Shown piece after piece: positions 9,285 through 19,355 of a DNA stretch of 64,000 nt. The DNA comes from a virus. Position 1 is the stretch's first letter. Each line of letters starts with the position of its first letter. The position numbers and the translations under genes were made by a program. The notes under the pieces are model-generated. The model was not told where the DNA came from. It searched no databases and saw only the letters and a program-made list of their open reading frames with translations. The DNA lies in the IMG/VR virus record IMGVR_UViG_3300028027_000001. One strand, written 5' to 3'.

Positions 9285-9758
9285 TTAAATATAAAAAACA
9301 CCCCCAATGTTTCCTCCTTTATCTACAATCATTTTGTGAATTTCGTCTTCTGAATATTGTTTGGACAGTGGGGTATCACGCAAATGAAGACTACCCCCAA
9401 CCTTTAAATTGTTTGGGATGGATGAAATTTTAGTATCTGTAAAACTAAGACTATTCCCAACCGTTAAATCATCAGGGAGGGAGGTGATAGGGGTGTTGGA
9501 GATTTTTAGATCACTTCCAACTGTTAAACCCTTGGGAAGTGATGTAATTTGAGTGAACCTTAAATCAATAGTACCTTTAACTTTTAAACCATCAGGGATG
9601 GAGGATATTTTAGCACCATATAAAAGGAGATTATGAATAACTTTTAAATCCTTATTAGTGATTGATTCGGGATCATGTAAAAGTTTTAACTTTAATGGTG
9701 TCCGGTATTTTGGCCTATTAGATTCTATGAATTTAAATAGATTGTATAAATTAGTCAT
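9285..9758 (-). CDS. Leucine-rich-repeat protein (four 20-aa repeats)
   Basis: ISSIPDGLKVKGTIDLRFTQ / ITSLPKGLTVGSDLKISNTP / ITSLPDDLTVGNSLSFTDTK / ISSIPNNLKVGGSLHLRDTP. Confidence 0.8.
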   Translation of the reverse strand: MTNLYNLFKFIESNRPKYRTPLKLKLLHDPESITNKDLKVIHNLLLYGAKISSIPDGLKVKGTIDLRFTQITSLPKGLTVGSDLKISNTPITSLPDDLTVGNSLSFTDTKISSIPNNLKVGGSLHLRDTPLSKQYSEDEIHKMIVDKGGNIGGVFYI

Positions 9759-9759
9759 A

Positions 9760-10398
9760 TTAAATTATTGTGTTATCTTCTTTGTCCATAAATTGATTAC
9801 TATCATATGAAAATTGATATTTTTCATCAGATCCGGGTTTGATAAATATAAATAATGGACCTTTTGCAATATACTTATCAAAATACCTTCTGGTTTTACC
9901 AGTTGCTGTGCACCATTCTGTTCCACTTCCTAATTCACAAGAGGCACCATATAAATCTGTTCTTCCTTTTGGTAACTCATACACATCAAAACCATCAACT
10001 GAACCCATATAGAATTCTTTGTATTTGTCTGATCGAGCTACTCCTTTTTGTTTGGATGGATCCGCTTTTTCGGTATTTGCTATTTCAACCGATTTTTTGA
10101 TGAAATCAGATACATCTTGAGGTGATTTGTATGAGTTTATATCTGGGGAGGGGTATTGTCTTTTTTGTCTATCAAATATAGAGAAATAATTTTTGTATTT
10201 GTATATGTCTTCTCCTTTGATGGTTTTATCTGCTACTTTTTTCACTAGCCAAGTAGCGTATGCTGTTTTATTACCTGTGGCATCAACGATTTCTTTAAAT
10301 TCATCAGGTTGGATTTTTTTAGAATCTACAAATTGTGTTTTCAAGTCATTTAATGATACCTCTAGCAGTATTTCTTTTAATATAGTTAGTAATTTCAT
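9760..10398 (-). CDS. Hypothetical protein with LGSGTEWCTA motif; possible internal virion protein
   Basis: Late motif upstream; N-terminal LKEILLE; C-terminal ASCELGSGTEWCTA...GPLFIF...KYQF. Confidence 0.7.
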   Translation of the reverse strand: MKLLTILKEILLEVSLNDLKTQFVDSKKIQPDEFKEIVDATGNKTAYATWLVKKVADKTIKGEDIYKYKNYFSIFDRQKRQYPSPDINSYKSPQDVSDFIKKSVEIANTEKADPSKQKGVARSDKYKEFYMGSVDGFDVYELPKGRTDLYGASCELGSGTEWCTATGKTRRYFDKYIAKGPLFIFIKPGSDEKYQFSYDSNQFMDKEDNTII

Positions 10399-10422
10399 AA
10401 ATATAAATATATGTAAGTTACA

Positions 10423-11013
10423 TTAAACCGCAAAATATTTTGTATAGTCTTGTTTAAAGTATTGTGAGAAACCATACCATTTTTCATCCACTTCCACCAA
10501 GTTAACTATTGATTTGTTTATGTTGTATGTTTTTGCCACATCCCCAGTTATGTACCAATCTATAGATGTTGGAGTATATAAATCCCAAGCTATGGTTGAG
10601 TCTTTTGATGATAACTTACCGTATGTTGTTTGGTCTATTTCCATGTATTTCAACTCGTTGTTTTTCTTACAAAAATAACGTGTGAATAACCCATTTACAT
10701 AATCATCTGGTGTTGGTTGTGTGGGAACCGGTTGAGGGAGTAGGCGTGGTTTTGAATTTGAAGTATATTCGAATGATGGGACCACATAAATTTCAACAAG
10801 TTCTGGAGTTACTGAATTACTATTGAGTGATTGTTGAGGGATTATTGGTAATAAAAGTTGTGGGGTACCGTCTTGTGGGGTTTTGCCTGTATACCTCTCG
10901 TTTTTGTATGTTTCGAAATAGTATCCTGAATATATTTCACCAGTGGTAGCGATTTTGTATTCGTTACCATTGGTGAAAATGTTTGCTTTATATTGTGAGC
11001 TTGGTAGGTACAT
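10423..11013 (-). CDS. Hypothetical baseplate-region protein
   Basis: Clean ORF directly downstream of the hub/peptidase gene. Confidence 0.65.
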   Translation of the reverse strand: MYLPSSQYKANIFTNGNEYKIATTGEIYSGYYFETYKNERYTGKTPQDGTPQLLLPIIPQQSLNSNSVTPELVEIYVVPSFEYTSNSKPRLLPQPVPTQPTPDDYVNGLFTRYFCKKNNELKYMEIDQTTYGKLSSKDSTIAWDLYTPTSIDWYITGDVAKTYNINKSIVNLVEVDEKWYGFSQYFKQDYTKYFAV

Positions 11014-11026
11014 ATGTTATTGATTT

Positions 11027-14008
11027 TTATATTAATAAAGATATAAATGTATCTAGATATGGGGATGGGTCTGATGGGGTATTAGAATTTGATGAGATAT
11101 ACTCAACATGAAGATGATCCCCATAAGAATGTCCCGTGTTTCCTGTTAATCCTATGATAGTAGAAGGGGATATTGTTTGGTTATTTCGTACATTTACCCT
11201 ACTTAAATGAGCTAATGTGATAATTGAACCATCAGCGTTTCTTATTCTTACGTGGTTCCCCCATCCCCCACCACAATTTAAATCTCCCACCGCACACCCA
11301 CTATGGGTTTGAATTACTTTTCCCGTTCTGTTATATATAAGTTGTTGACCTGTTCTAGCTTGTATATCTGTACCTTTATGGGTGTACCCATTTCTAATTT
11401 CCCCATAAGGGTGGGTAATCTGAAGGCCTCCAGGGGTCATACGCCTACCGGATTGAGTGGTTATTTGTACACTAGTTTCACCCAATATTTTCAATACTTC
11501 ACTACGAAGTTCTTCGTATGGGATTTGTTTTTTATTTGTCCCATCACCATTAGCTATCACCACAGTTTCAATTGATGTTTCCCAATCACTATTGGATAAT
11601 TTGTGGTTTACACCTTTGATAATAAAATGTAAATTGTCTGGGTAGTTTTTTGGGAGGAATTTGGTTTCCACATTCAATTCGTTGTATATCTTGATACCAC
11701 CAATACCATCCATTGTTACACCCAATGAAATAGGAATAAATCCATTTGTTGGTGATGCATAACTACCACTATACCGTATTTGTATTTCGGATTGTATCGA
11801 TTTGTAAAATTCGGATACAATTGCTACGTTGTTTTCAATGATTTGTGGGTCTAATTCGATAGCTGAATCTTTCATACCAAATGCTGAATCGTGGGCCCAC
11901 CAGAATTTTTTTAAGTATGTTTCTTTTACTTCGTCTCTGCTACTGCTAAATCCAGTACTTATGGGTGCAGATACTTCTGGTTGTAAGCGGTCTGTTAATC
12001 CCCAGCACCATTTGGAAAACATAGTATTTTCTACTCCCTTAACATATCCACCAGCTGTGGAGCTGATACTAGCCATAGATGCAAAATCTGGGGTGATTTC
12101 GGTTTTAAGGTTAAAATTACGTACGAAATTGGATGTGTTATATGGTTTGTTGGTTGATGGGTTGTTGTTGGTGTTATAACCATATAATTCCAAACCATAT
12201 TTACGGGGTTGTTTTTCGTAATAGTGGGTGTCAATTATTCGAATAGTAGCTTCTTCAGCATCAATAATTGTTTCTAACCCGTTAACACCACCTAAAGCTT
12301 TGTTTAAACCAACACATATTGAGTTGAGGAAATTAAATATAGACAAATTTCCTTTTTCATCTAAATTTTCGTTCAAACAATTATCTATAAATTGGTGGTG
12401 GATATAAATGTTCATTATGAATGCCGCACCGGGTTTATTCGGATGTTTCCAACGTCGTAATTGGTTGTAGTATTTTTTGGTTCCTACTTCTTCATCTAAC
12501 CCATTCACTAAACACACTTGAGGATCAAGTGATACTTGAAATGGTATGTTATACATTAAATTTTCGAACACCTCACTATCTATTTTAAGAAGTTTTTGAT
12601 TTGCACCATTATCTGGAACGATTTCTGGGAGCACGTAGGTTCGGATGATTTCAATAAGGTGTTCAAATCTTATATAGTATCCAAAAGTATAGTCGTTTGG
12701 TGTAGAGTTTACGTAATTGATGAATGCTACGTCTTTTATTTCTTGGGATGTTGTTGTAAATGGTGAATTAACTGGGTTGGGTTGATAATAAACCATATCA
12801 TCAACAATATTATATTCATTTGGTTGTAATATTATTACAGGATTAGTGAATGAGGTGGTTCTTTCAACGGCTCCCGGATATAGTTCTTGTATTTTTCTTC
12901 TAGCTACATCTTCGGATGAATATGGCCCCAACTCTTTTACAGATTGTGGTATTTGTATTTCACCTTCAACTGGTTTAATGAAATGTCCTACTTGGGTGGA
13001 ATTACCTTGCACCTCAATATGGATTTTTTCTGTTGAATAGTTGGTTGGGTTGCTATTTAATATAGATTGATAATATAAATAGGAAGAAATAACATTAGAT
13101 GAGGGGGGGGTGATTTGTGTTTGGGGGGTTGATGTAGAGGTAGTTGATACATATGATTCATCTATTAATTCTAGTATATCTTTTCCAGGTGTAACATTGG
13201 TTTTTAGAGATTCGATAACATCACCAACACTAAGTAATTCTAATGTAATGTCATATGAACCATCTTGGGCAAATTGCCAACTAAAATTAACCACACGAGC
13301 TACTAATGCATCGTAGTTTCCAAATTTGTCTTTACGGTAACGTTTAATTTTTGGTAACATATCGTAATATGTCTTTACACTATCACTGAAGAAACCATCT
13401 TCTGCTTCAATTAATGTATACCCCATATTTTCCAGGGTCCCCGTATTATTGTTTAAATACAAACTGTTTCCCCACTCAAGTAACATTGTGTATCCTATAC
13501 GCAAATACAGCAAATCCAATATCTGGAATTGCTCAGGGGAGTAGCATTTGATTTTGATGGTAGCGCGTTTAATAGAACCACGGTTGAGGGATTTAATATC
13601 TGCACTTTCTATACCAGACATAGGTACGTAACCAAATTCACTCAATCCTGAATTGGTAGCGTTTACGTTATATTTTTGTGAAAATGTGTCTCTTTGTTCT
13701 AGTGGATTGTATTGGGTACCATTATTTGTGGTAATGGGATTTTGTGATAGGTTTGAGGTACCATTAAATAGCACATAATTTTTGGCTAGTTGTTTCCCAT
13801 TCAGTCCCGTTTTCAATAATTCATCACTGGCTCTCTTATCACTTATACTGATGCCAGAAGCTAACTTTACCCATGCTGTTTTTGAATTCAAATACATGAT
13901 TTCTTCTGGAGTTCGGTCTGTGGTAACACCGGAACCATGGGCATTTTGGCGTTTGTTTATTTGTTTTGCAACAAACTCTGGGATTTGTTCTCCTATTATA
14001 TTGGGCAT
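11027..14008 (-). CDS. Baseplate hub-like protein with C-terminal M23 peptidase
   Basis: C-terminal HKGTD...GGWGNHVRI...AHLS...GNTGHSYGDHLHVE (M23 HxxxD/HxH); follows a LysM-type baseplate gene. Confidence 0.82.
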   Translation of the reverse strand: MPNIIGEQIPEFVAKQINKRQNAHGSGVTTDRTPEEIMYLNSKTAWVKLASGISISDKRASDELLKTGLNGKQLAKNYVLFNGTSNLSQNPITTNNGTQYNPLEQRDTFSQKYNVNATNSGLSEFGYVPMSGIESADIKSLNRGSIKRATIKIKCYSPEQFQILDLLYLRIGYTMLLEWGNSLYLNNNTGTLENMGYTLIEAEDGFFSDSVKTYYDMLPKIKRYRKDKFGNYDALVARVVNFSWQFAQDGSYDITLELLSVGDVIESLKTNVTPGKDILELIDESYVSTTSTSTPQTQITPPSSNVISSYLYYQSILNSNPTNYSTEKIHIEVQGNSTQVGHFIKPVEGEIQIPQSVKELGPYSSEDVARRKIQELYPGAVERTTSFTNPVIILQPNEYNIVDDMVYYQPNPVNSPFTTTSQEIKDVAFINYVNSTPNDYTFGYYIRFEHLIEIIRTYVLPEIVPDNGANQKLLKIDSEVFENLMYNIPFQVSLDPQVCLVNGLDEEVGTKKYYNQLRRWKHPNKPGAAFIMNIYIHHQFIDNCLNENLDEKGNLSIFNFLNSICVGLNKALGGVNGLETIIDAEEATIRIIDTHYYEKQPRKYGLELYGYNTNNNPSTNKPYNTSNFVRNFNLKTEITPDFASMASISSTAGGYVKGVENTMFSKWCWGLTDRLQPEVSAPISTGFSSSRDEVKETYLKKFWWAHDSAFGMKDSAIELDPQIIENNVAIVSEFYKSIQSEIQIRYSGSYASPTNGFIPISLGVTMDGIGGIKIYNELNVETKFLPKNYPDNLHFIIKGVNHKLSNSDWETSIETVVIANGDGTNKKQIPYEELRSEVLKILGETSVQITTQSGRRMTPGGLQITHPYGEIRNGYTHKGTDIQARTGQQLIYNRTGKVIQTHSGCAVGDLNCGGGWGNHVRIRNADGSIITLAHLSRVNVRNNQTISPSTIIGLTGNTGHSYGDHLHVEYISSNSNTPSDPSPYLDTFISLLI

Positions 14009-14012
14009 AACT

Positions 14013-14324
14013 TTATATTCTGTTTAAGTTTGTGTATTCACTTAATATGGAAGGTATTCTTGATAGGGATGGGATTCTGATTTGTGCTCCGGTTACAGGA
14101 AATATAGAATCCGATGGTTGGGATGGGTTTGCTCTAGATATTACCCACCATATACTACCATCACCATAGTACACTTGGGATAGCAAATCATAGCGGTCAC
14201 CTTGTGTTACGTACACATAAATGTCTTCAAAATCTGGTTTGATTTCGGGATATTTAACGTTAATGTATCTACGTTTTGGGTTGTCTTGTGTTGTAAATGT
14301 AGGTGTTGATGAGTAACGAGCCAT
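14013..14324 (-). CDS. LysM/tail-X-like baseplate wedge protein
   Basis: QGDRYDLLSQVYYGDGSIWWVISRANP...GAQIRIP. Confidence 0.82.
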   Translation of the reverse strand: MARYSSTPTFTTQDNPKRRYINVKYPEIKPDFEDIYVYVTQGDRYDLLSQVYYGDGSIWWVISRANPSQPSDSIFPVTGAQIRIPSLSRIPSILSEYTNLNRI

Positions 14325-14350
14325 GGGTGTTTTGTTTATAAATATGGAAA

Positions 14351-14386
14351 ATACAAAGAAAGCCTGGCAGAGCCAAGCTTTTTAAT
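14351..14386. repeat. 36-bp dispersed repeat, copy 2 (terminator hairpin)
   Basis: 34/36 identical to 9231-9266; the differences fall in the hairpin loop. Confidence 0.85.
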
Positions 14387-14403
14387 AATATATTATATGG
14401 GGG

Positions 14404-16302
14404 TCAGGATTGATTAATGAATTTACCCGTTGTATTGTAACTAGGTCTAAAATCATGTATTGGGGTGAATTGGAATCCTGTTACTTTGATATAAAATGGC
14501 AATTGATTATCTGAAGTTATTTCCCAAGGTGACTCTTCAATTATATCATATGTTAATCCTGTAATTATACCATATTGATTTGCTACATAATTACCCACAG
14601 TTAATTTATGGATATTACCAGCCATATATCCGGCATGAGTATATGTTGGTGCCAAGGATGAAGCTAAAGTATTTAATTGATCATGCATATCATTCAAATG
14701 GTGCTCACCTTCAGCAGCTACTGTAAATCCAAGTGATATTTTACGATCAAATGAATTATATTTGTAGAATTTTTCACCACGCCCCATATATGTTTGTGAA
14801 TTCCATTCTGGGTTATATGAGTCGGAAAAATTGTCTATATATGCTCTGAATCGTAGTATTGTTGGTTGTTTATTGTTTGGGTCGATTATACTAATACTAA
14901 ATGCAATAAGGTCATTTTCAATTCCGAATTGTGTGGACTTGCGTTGATTATCTGATGTATAGTATATTCTATCAATTACTTTTTTGGCTTGGTCGTCTGT
15001 AAAGTAGTCACCATCCTTAATTACATCGCCTGTGGTTTTAGTGATATGATCATATGCATCCGGATAATCTACGAATCCACGTACTTTTCTGTCTACTTTT
15101 CTAAAGTCAGGACCAACATTTTTGGCAACCCCGTTAAATACTTGAGAATCATATATTAATTCACCTTGTTGGTTGGGGTACCACCCAACATTTTTGTTTA
15201 AGTTAGCTAAATAACCCCGGTTACCTTGGTTTAAAGTAACATATTTGGTAGAAGGTGAAGCGTCTGATGATGCTGGGTCTACCTGGATTGAATTGAATGA
15301 GGAGTATTCAATGTATTGGGATATTCGAGGTGACACATCAGAAAAACTTGTATTATTACCATAAGTAATTTTATCGGTTATTTCTCTTCCACTCCCGGCA
15401 TTTATTAGTTGATCATTGATGAATGAATGATATGAACCAGAAACAAGTAGGTTTCTTTCCTTAACGGAAGCATCATCATATATGGTTAAATTTGGTAAAT
15501 TGGGGGATTTAGATAATGATGTAGTAAATAATGGAAATTGGTTTTTGTTGGATAAACCAACACCCCCCTTAATTGAACGTGTTTCAACTATAGATGTCTT
15601 TAAAGGCACCAAATATGACTTAGGATCCAACCCGTTGGACCCCATTGACCTCAATGGTGTTTCTCCATCCCCAGCGGTAGCATAATTTATATATGTTTTA
15701 CCTAAGCCAAATAATGAACCTGGCCCCCCCTTATATGAATATAGAGTGGAAAGATTAAAAGCATCTGGGTTTTCAATAGATTCAAAGTGAAGATTAACTA
15801 GCCTATTATCTAAAGTGGTATTGGGGTTGAATTGTCCTTTCTCATATACGGTTTTCCCATATTTTTTAATAGACAATGATGTTAATCCTGTTGGGTCAAG
15901 TCCTTGTTTATTTAAGTGTATACCTAATATACCCACCCCAGCTTGTGCTAGTGTGGATAATGGTGTATATAGCCCTTCGTTTAAGAATTTTCCACTTGCT
16001 TCGGTTTCTGGAGATACACGGGAAAGAAGATTTTGTTTTAGGGTAAATTTAATACCGCTTGGGGAAGCCATATATTTGGTTAAACGAGTAACATCTTGTG
16101 CTGTTCGTTTAATAGATAACAATGAACCACGAGTTACTCCATCACTATATGCAGCTAATGAAGTTTCTGGTTTAGTTACTACTGTTGCATCACTTGGTAT
16201 TGGTGTTTGGATAAATGGCTCAGCTGTAAAGCTGTTGTCATTACCAAATTTAAGTGACTTAAGTTTAGTTCCGTTTTCAGTATATGATGATAATATACCC
16301 AT
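14404..16302 (-). CDS. Baseplate / tail-tube-initiator-like protein
   Basis: C-terminal FRAYIDNFSDSY..EW....YMGRGE..Y.Y..FDRKISLGF tube-like domain; lies between tape measure and LysM genes. Confidence 0.65.
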   Translation of the reverse strand: MGILSSYTENGTKLKSLKFGNDNSFTAEPFIQTPIPSDATVVTKPETSLAAYSDGVTRGSLLSIKRTAQDVTRLTKYMASPSGIKFTLKQNLLSRVSPETEASGKFLNEGLYTPLSTLAQAGVGILGIHLNKQGLDPTGLTSLSIKKYGKTVYEKGQFNPNTTLDNRLVNLHFESIENPDAFNLSTLYSYKGGPGSLFGLGKTYINYATAGDGETPLRSMGSNGLDPKSYLVPLKTSIVETRSIKGGVGLSNKNQFPLFTTSLSKSPNLPNLTIYDDASVKERNLLVSGSYHSFINDQLINAGSGREITDKITYGNNTSFSDVSPRISQYIEYSSFNSIQVDPASSDASPSTKYVTLNQGNRGYLANLNKNVGWYPNQQGELIYDSQVFNGVAKNVGPDFRKVDRKVRGFVDYPDAYDHITKTTGDVIKDGDYFTDDQAKKVIDRIYYTSDNQRKSTQFGIENDLIAFSISIIDPNNKQPTILRFRAYIDNFSDSYNPEWNSQTYMGRGEKFYKYNSFDRKISLGFTVAAEGEHHLNDMHDQLNTLASSLAPTYTHAGYMAGNIHKLTVGNYVANQYGIITGLTYDIIEESPWEITSDNQLPFYIKVTGFQFTPIHDFRPSYNTTGKFINQS

Positions 16303-16308
16303 ACTAAA

Positions 16309-16617
16309 TTAGTTTGGTAAATTATCTGAATAACGTTTACCTAGTGTTGAATCGTATTTTGTTGGAGCCGTTGGATCACCCATTTCCAATTTAGTTGATG
16401 GGGGTAAAGTGTTTGGCATACCATCGTTGTACTTAATGAATTCCGCATTAACTGCAGATTGGTTAGTACCATCTACAGAATAACCAGGTTGTTGTGTTGT
16501 TGGATTATAGTGTAGTGGTGATTGTTTTGTTGCTAGTGGGTTTGTTGCAATAGCACCACCATTTTTTTCGGCAGCAAATGGAGAACCCTGTGTTTCAAGC
16601 ATGTTTTTAATTCCCAT
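16309..16617 (-). CDS. Hypothetical tail-region protein
   Basis: Clean ORF with late motif at 16635-16643. Confidence 0.7.
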   Translation of the reverse strand: MGIKNMLETQGSPFAAEKNGGAIATNPLATKQSPLHYNPTTQQPGYSVDGTNQSAVNAEFIKYNDGMPNTLPPSTKLEMGDPTAPTKYDSTLGKRYSDNLPN

Positions 16618-16649
16618 GGTAAATTAGTTTTGTTTATAAATATTATTAA

Positions 16650-18977
16650 TTATTGAATTGAATAACCCGTTTTACGATTGCTTTGATTGGTGGCAGATGC
16701 TAATACATCGTTGTTTTCAGTTTTAACTACACTATGTACTACAACGGGTCTATTATTTAATTCATTACGCATTGCCCTTATTTCAGCAATTAATGCTGAA
16801 TTATCTTGGGTAGAAGAGGATTGTTGGTTACCTTTAAATAGACCTGTACCTGCTATTACGGTGTCTTGATTATTTAATTGGATTGCATCTTTACCCATTA
16901 ATAGAGTACGATTACCATATCCAGTTCCTTCACCGTGGGATATAACATCATTTCCGGTAGTTGTTGTACCACTTAATGAGGTTATTTGATTTTTAGATGA
17001 TGTTGTGAGATCTGTAAATCCTTTAAATAAATTGGTAGGAGATAAATCACTCATAGCTCCGTTTATATCAAGAGTTATCAATTTGACAATGCCGGATATG
17101 AGGGAACCAATTACCCTCAAAGTAGCCATAACCGGTTGGAGAATGACGTTTATTAAAGGTAATATTGTTGATACTAAATCCATAAATGGAGAAACAATCT
17201 GGAGTACGGGTTCGGCCAACTGGATGAAGAGGTCTTTGAGTTTAAGGATGGTTTGGTTGAATCTGTCTTGTATAGATTGTTGTTCAACTAATTTATCTAA
17301 TTGTCCTTCTTTCAACATTTTAGATGCCTGTTCAATACCATACTGTGCTTTAGCAGCCTCAAATGCACGTTGTTCATCCTCACTCAACGCTTTACCTACA
17401 GCACGAATTGCTTCCTGTTCAACTAACACATCCGCTAACTGATTAGCATTCATACCAACGGCTTTAGCCATAGCCTCTTGTTGGATTCGGTTCATTTTAC
17501 TGTATTCAGCCGCGGAACCTATTTGGTTAGTAATTTCCGATGCAACCGTAGCTAAATCGTTGTTTAACGCGGCTTGTCTCGCTTTTTCTAAAGTGATATC
17601 TTTACCGGTTAATAGTTCAGCTGATAATTCAGCCTCGATGGATGATTCAAAATTAAGCAATTGGTCGGCGATTGCAGCAACTTGTTCCAAATTACCACCC
17701 ATTAACTTAGCGTTAACGGCAGCTTTGGCTAAACCTGCAGCCCCACCTTCAATGGATAATTTTGTTTGATTTGAAACACTACCCATATCCACCATCAGTT
17801 GTTTGGTGTTAAGGGATACTTTATTTTGGTACGATAATATTTTGGATGTTGCCTGGAACGTTGTTATGTTGTCTTCCAAGGTGCCACCAGTAACCATGGT
17901 ATATTTTTGCATGGAAAACAACTGTTCATTGGTTAGTCCAGATTGTTCACGCAGTTTGGTAAATGTAATTAAGTCTTGTTGGGATAATTTTCCGTTGGTA
18001 CCTAGTTGTTGGTTAATATAACCTAATGATTCTTGTAAGCGTTCCGAGTTGATTGCAGCGTCTCCTGATATTCCAGCTATGGCACCTAACTCTCCTCTAA
18101 CTCTAAGGGATTCGGTATAGGTTATATTCATTGATTTAGCAAAGTCACCGGCACCCTTATCAACATCGTGAAGTGAATCTACTAATATTGTTAACGCTCC
18201 TTGTATTAAATTTGCTTTAGTGAATAAACTTCCAGCCCCACTAGTTAATTGTTTTAAGAAAGTAGGCATTGCCTCAAATTTATCATTAACCACCCCGGCA
18301 GCTTGTCCTAGCCTGTGGGTTTCTTCTAGGGCGTCACTTACCCCCAAATTAGGCAAACGCATGTGTTTTAACATTCTATCTAAACCAGATAATGCTTTTG
18401 GATAAAAACCAAGCTCTTTATTGATTTGGGCGTGCCTTTCTATAGTTTCATCTAATGTTTTTTCAGTATCATTTAATATACTATCTTGCTCAGTTAACAG
18501 GTGGTTTATTGTTGTTTGTAAGTTAAGGGCCTGTTGTCTTTGGGAGTTTGTTAGTGCTGCATTAGATGCTTGATCGGATAGGGATTTTTGGAGTTGTGTA
18601 ATAGAATCCCTCTCAATAGTATATTTTTTCTTTAGAAGGTTTAAATCTTCAACCGATAAAGTGTTAATCCCTTTATAATGATCTTTTAACTTATTAGCAA
18701 CATCAGCCAATGATGATAGAGATCGCTTAGAAGCATTTATTGAATTGTTATTTGCTTTAACCTCATCCAACATAGCGCGCCATGAACCGACCATTTCATT
18801 AACACCACCATCTAAATCATGTACCTCTTCTCTAACATCACGAAGAACATCAAGTAAAAAACGCATATCTTCAGTAGCAGGTTTTAGGGTACCAAAGGGA
18901 TTGTGTTGACCTAGTTTCTTATATAACTGTTCAATTTCATCTATGATTTTTCTCTTTTTTTCTAAATCGTCGGCCAT
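16650..18977 (-). CDS. Tail tape measure protein
   Basis: Long Ala/Gln/Leu-rich helical protein with a hydrophobic segment (LLNFESSIEAELSAELLTGK); downstream of tube and chaperone genes. Confidence 0.85.
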   Translation of the reverse strand: MADDLEKKRKIIDEIEQLYKKLGQHNPFGTLKPATEDMRFLLDVLRDVREEVHDLDGGVNEMVGSWRAMLDEVKANNNSINASKRSLSSLADVANKLKDHYKGINTLSVEDLNLLKKKYTIERDSITQLQKSLSDQASNAALTNSQRQQALNLQTTINHLLTEQDSILNDTEKTLDETIERHAQINKELGFYPKALSGLDRMLKHMRLPNLGVSDALEETHRLGQAAGVVNDKFEAMPTFLKQLTSGAGSLFTKANLIQGALTILVDSLHDVDKGAGDFAKSMNITYTESLRVRGELGAIAGISGDAAINSERLQESLGYINQQLGTNGKLSQQDLITFTKLREQSGLTNEQLFSMQKYTMVTGGTLEDNITTFQATSKILSYQNKVSLNTKQLMVDMGSVSNQTKLSIEGGAAGLAKAAVNAKLMGGNLEQVAAIADQLLNFESSIEAELSAELLTGKDITLEKARQAALNNDLATVASEITNQIGSAAEYSKMNRIQQEAMAKAVGMNANQLADVLVEQEAIRAVGKALSEDEQRAFEAAKAQYGIEQASKMLKEGQLDKLVEQQSIQDRFNQTILKLKDLFIQLAEPVLQIVSPFMDLVSTILPLINVILQPVMATLRVIGSLISGIVKLITLDINGAMSDLSPTNLFKGFTDLTTSSKNQITSLSGTTTTGNDVISHGEGTGYGNRTLLMGKDAIQLNNQDTVIAGTGLFKGNQQSSSTQDNSALIAEIRAMRNELNNRPVVVHSVVKTENNDVLASATNQSNRKTGYSIQ

Positions 18978-19019
18978 TTATAGGGATATTTTCGTTATAA
19001 ATATTGATTAAATATAACT

Positions 19020-19349
19020 TTATTGGTAACTAGTACGTTTAGCCATATGTTGTTTTAGATGTTCTGGTGCTTTAATAGTACCATCACTATCAATTACTGT
19101 GGTGGTGTTGCCTTGTGTTTGGGCATTTGCACGGTCACTTTCTTCACTATAGAATTTTTGTAATTGGTTGAAAGTAAAACGGCGGAGCCAGATTGGCATA
19201 TTGTATATAGTTTGCCAATCGTATCCGCCTTTACCATGAAATACTATCTCGTGAATTTGAGTATATATTGCTAATTTTGTTGCAGCTGCTGTTTCTGGTG
19301 TAAGGCCAAAAAATGCTAGTTGATGTCTTGTTTTGTCGCTGACGTCCAT
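19020..19349 (-). CDS. Tail/baseplate assembly chaperone, second component (gp51/gpT-like position)
   Basis: IHEIVFHGKGGYDWQTIYNMPIWLRRF; immediately upstream of the tape measure gene. Confidence 0.65.
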   Translation of the reverse strand: MDVSDKTRHQLAFFGLTPETAAATKLAIYTQIHEIVFHGKGGYDWQTIYNMPIWLRRFTFNQLQKFYSEESDRANAQTQGNTTTVIDSDGTIKAPEHLKQHMAKRTSYQ

Positions 19350-19355
19350 TTCATA

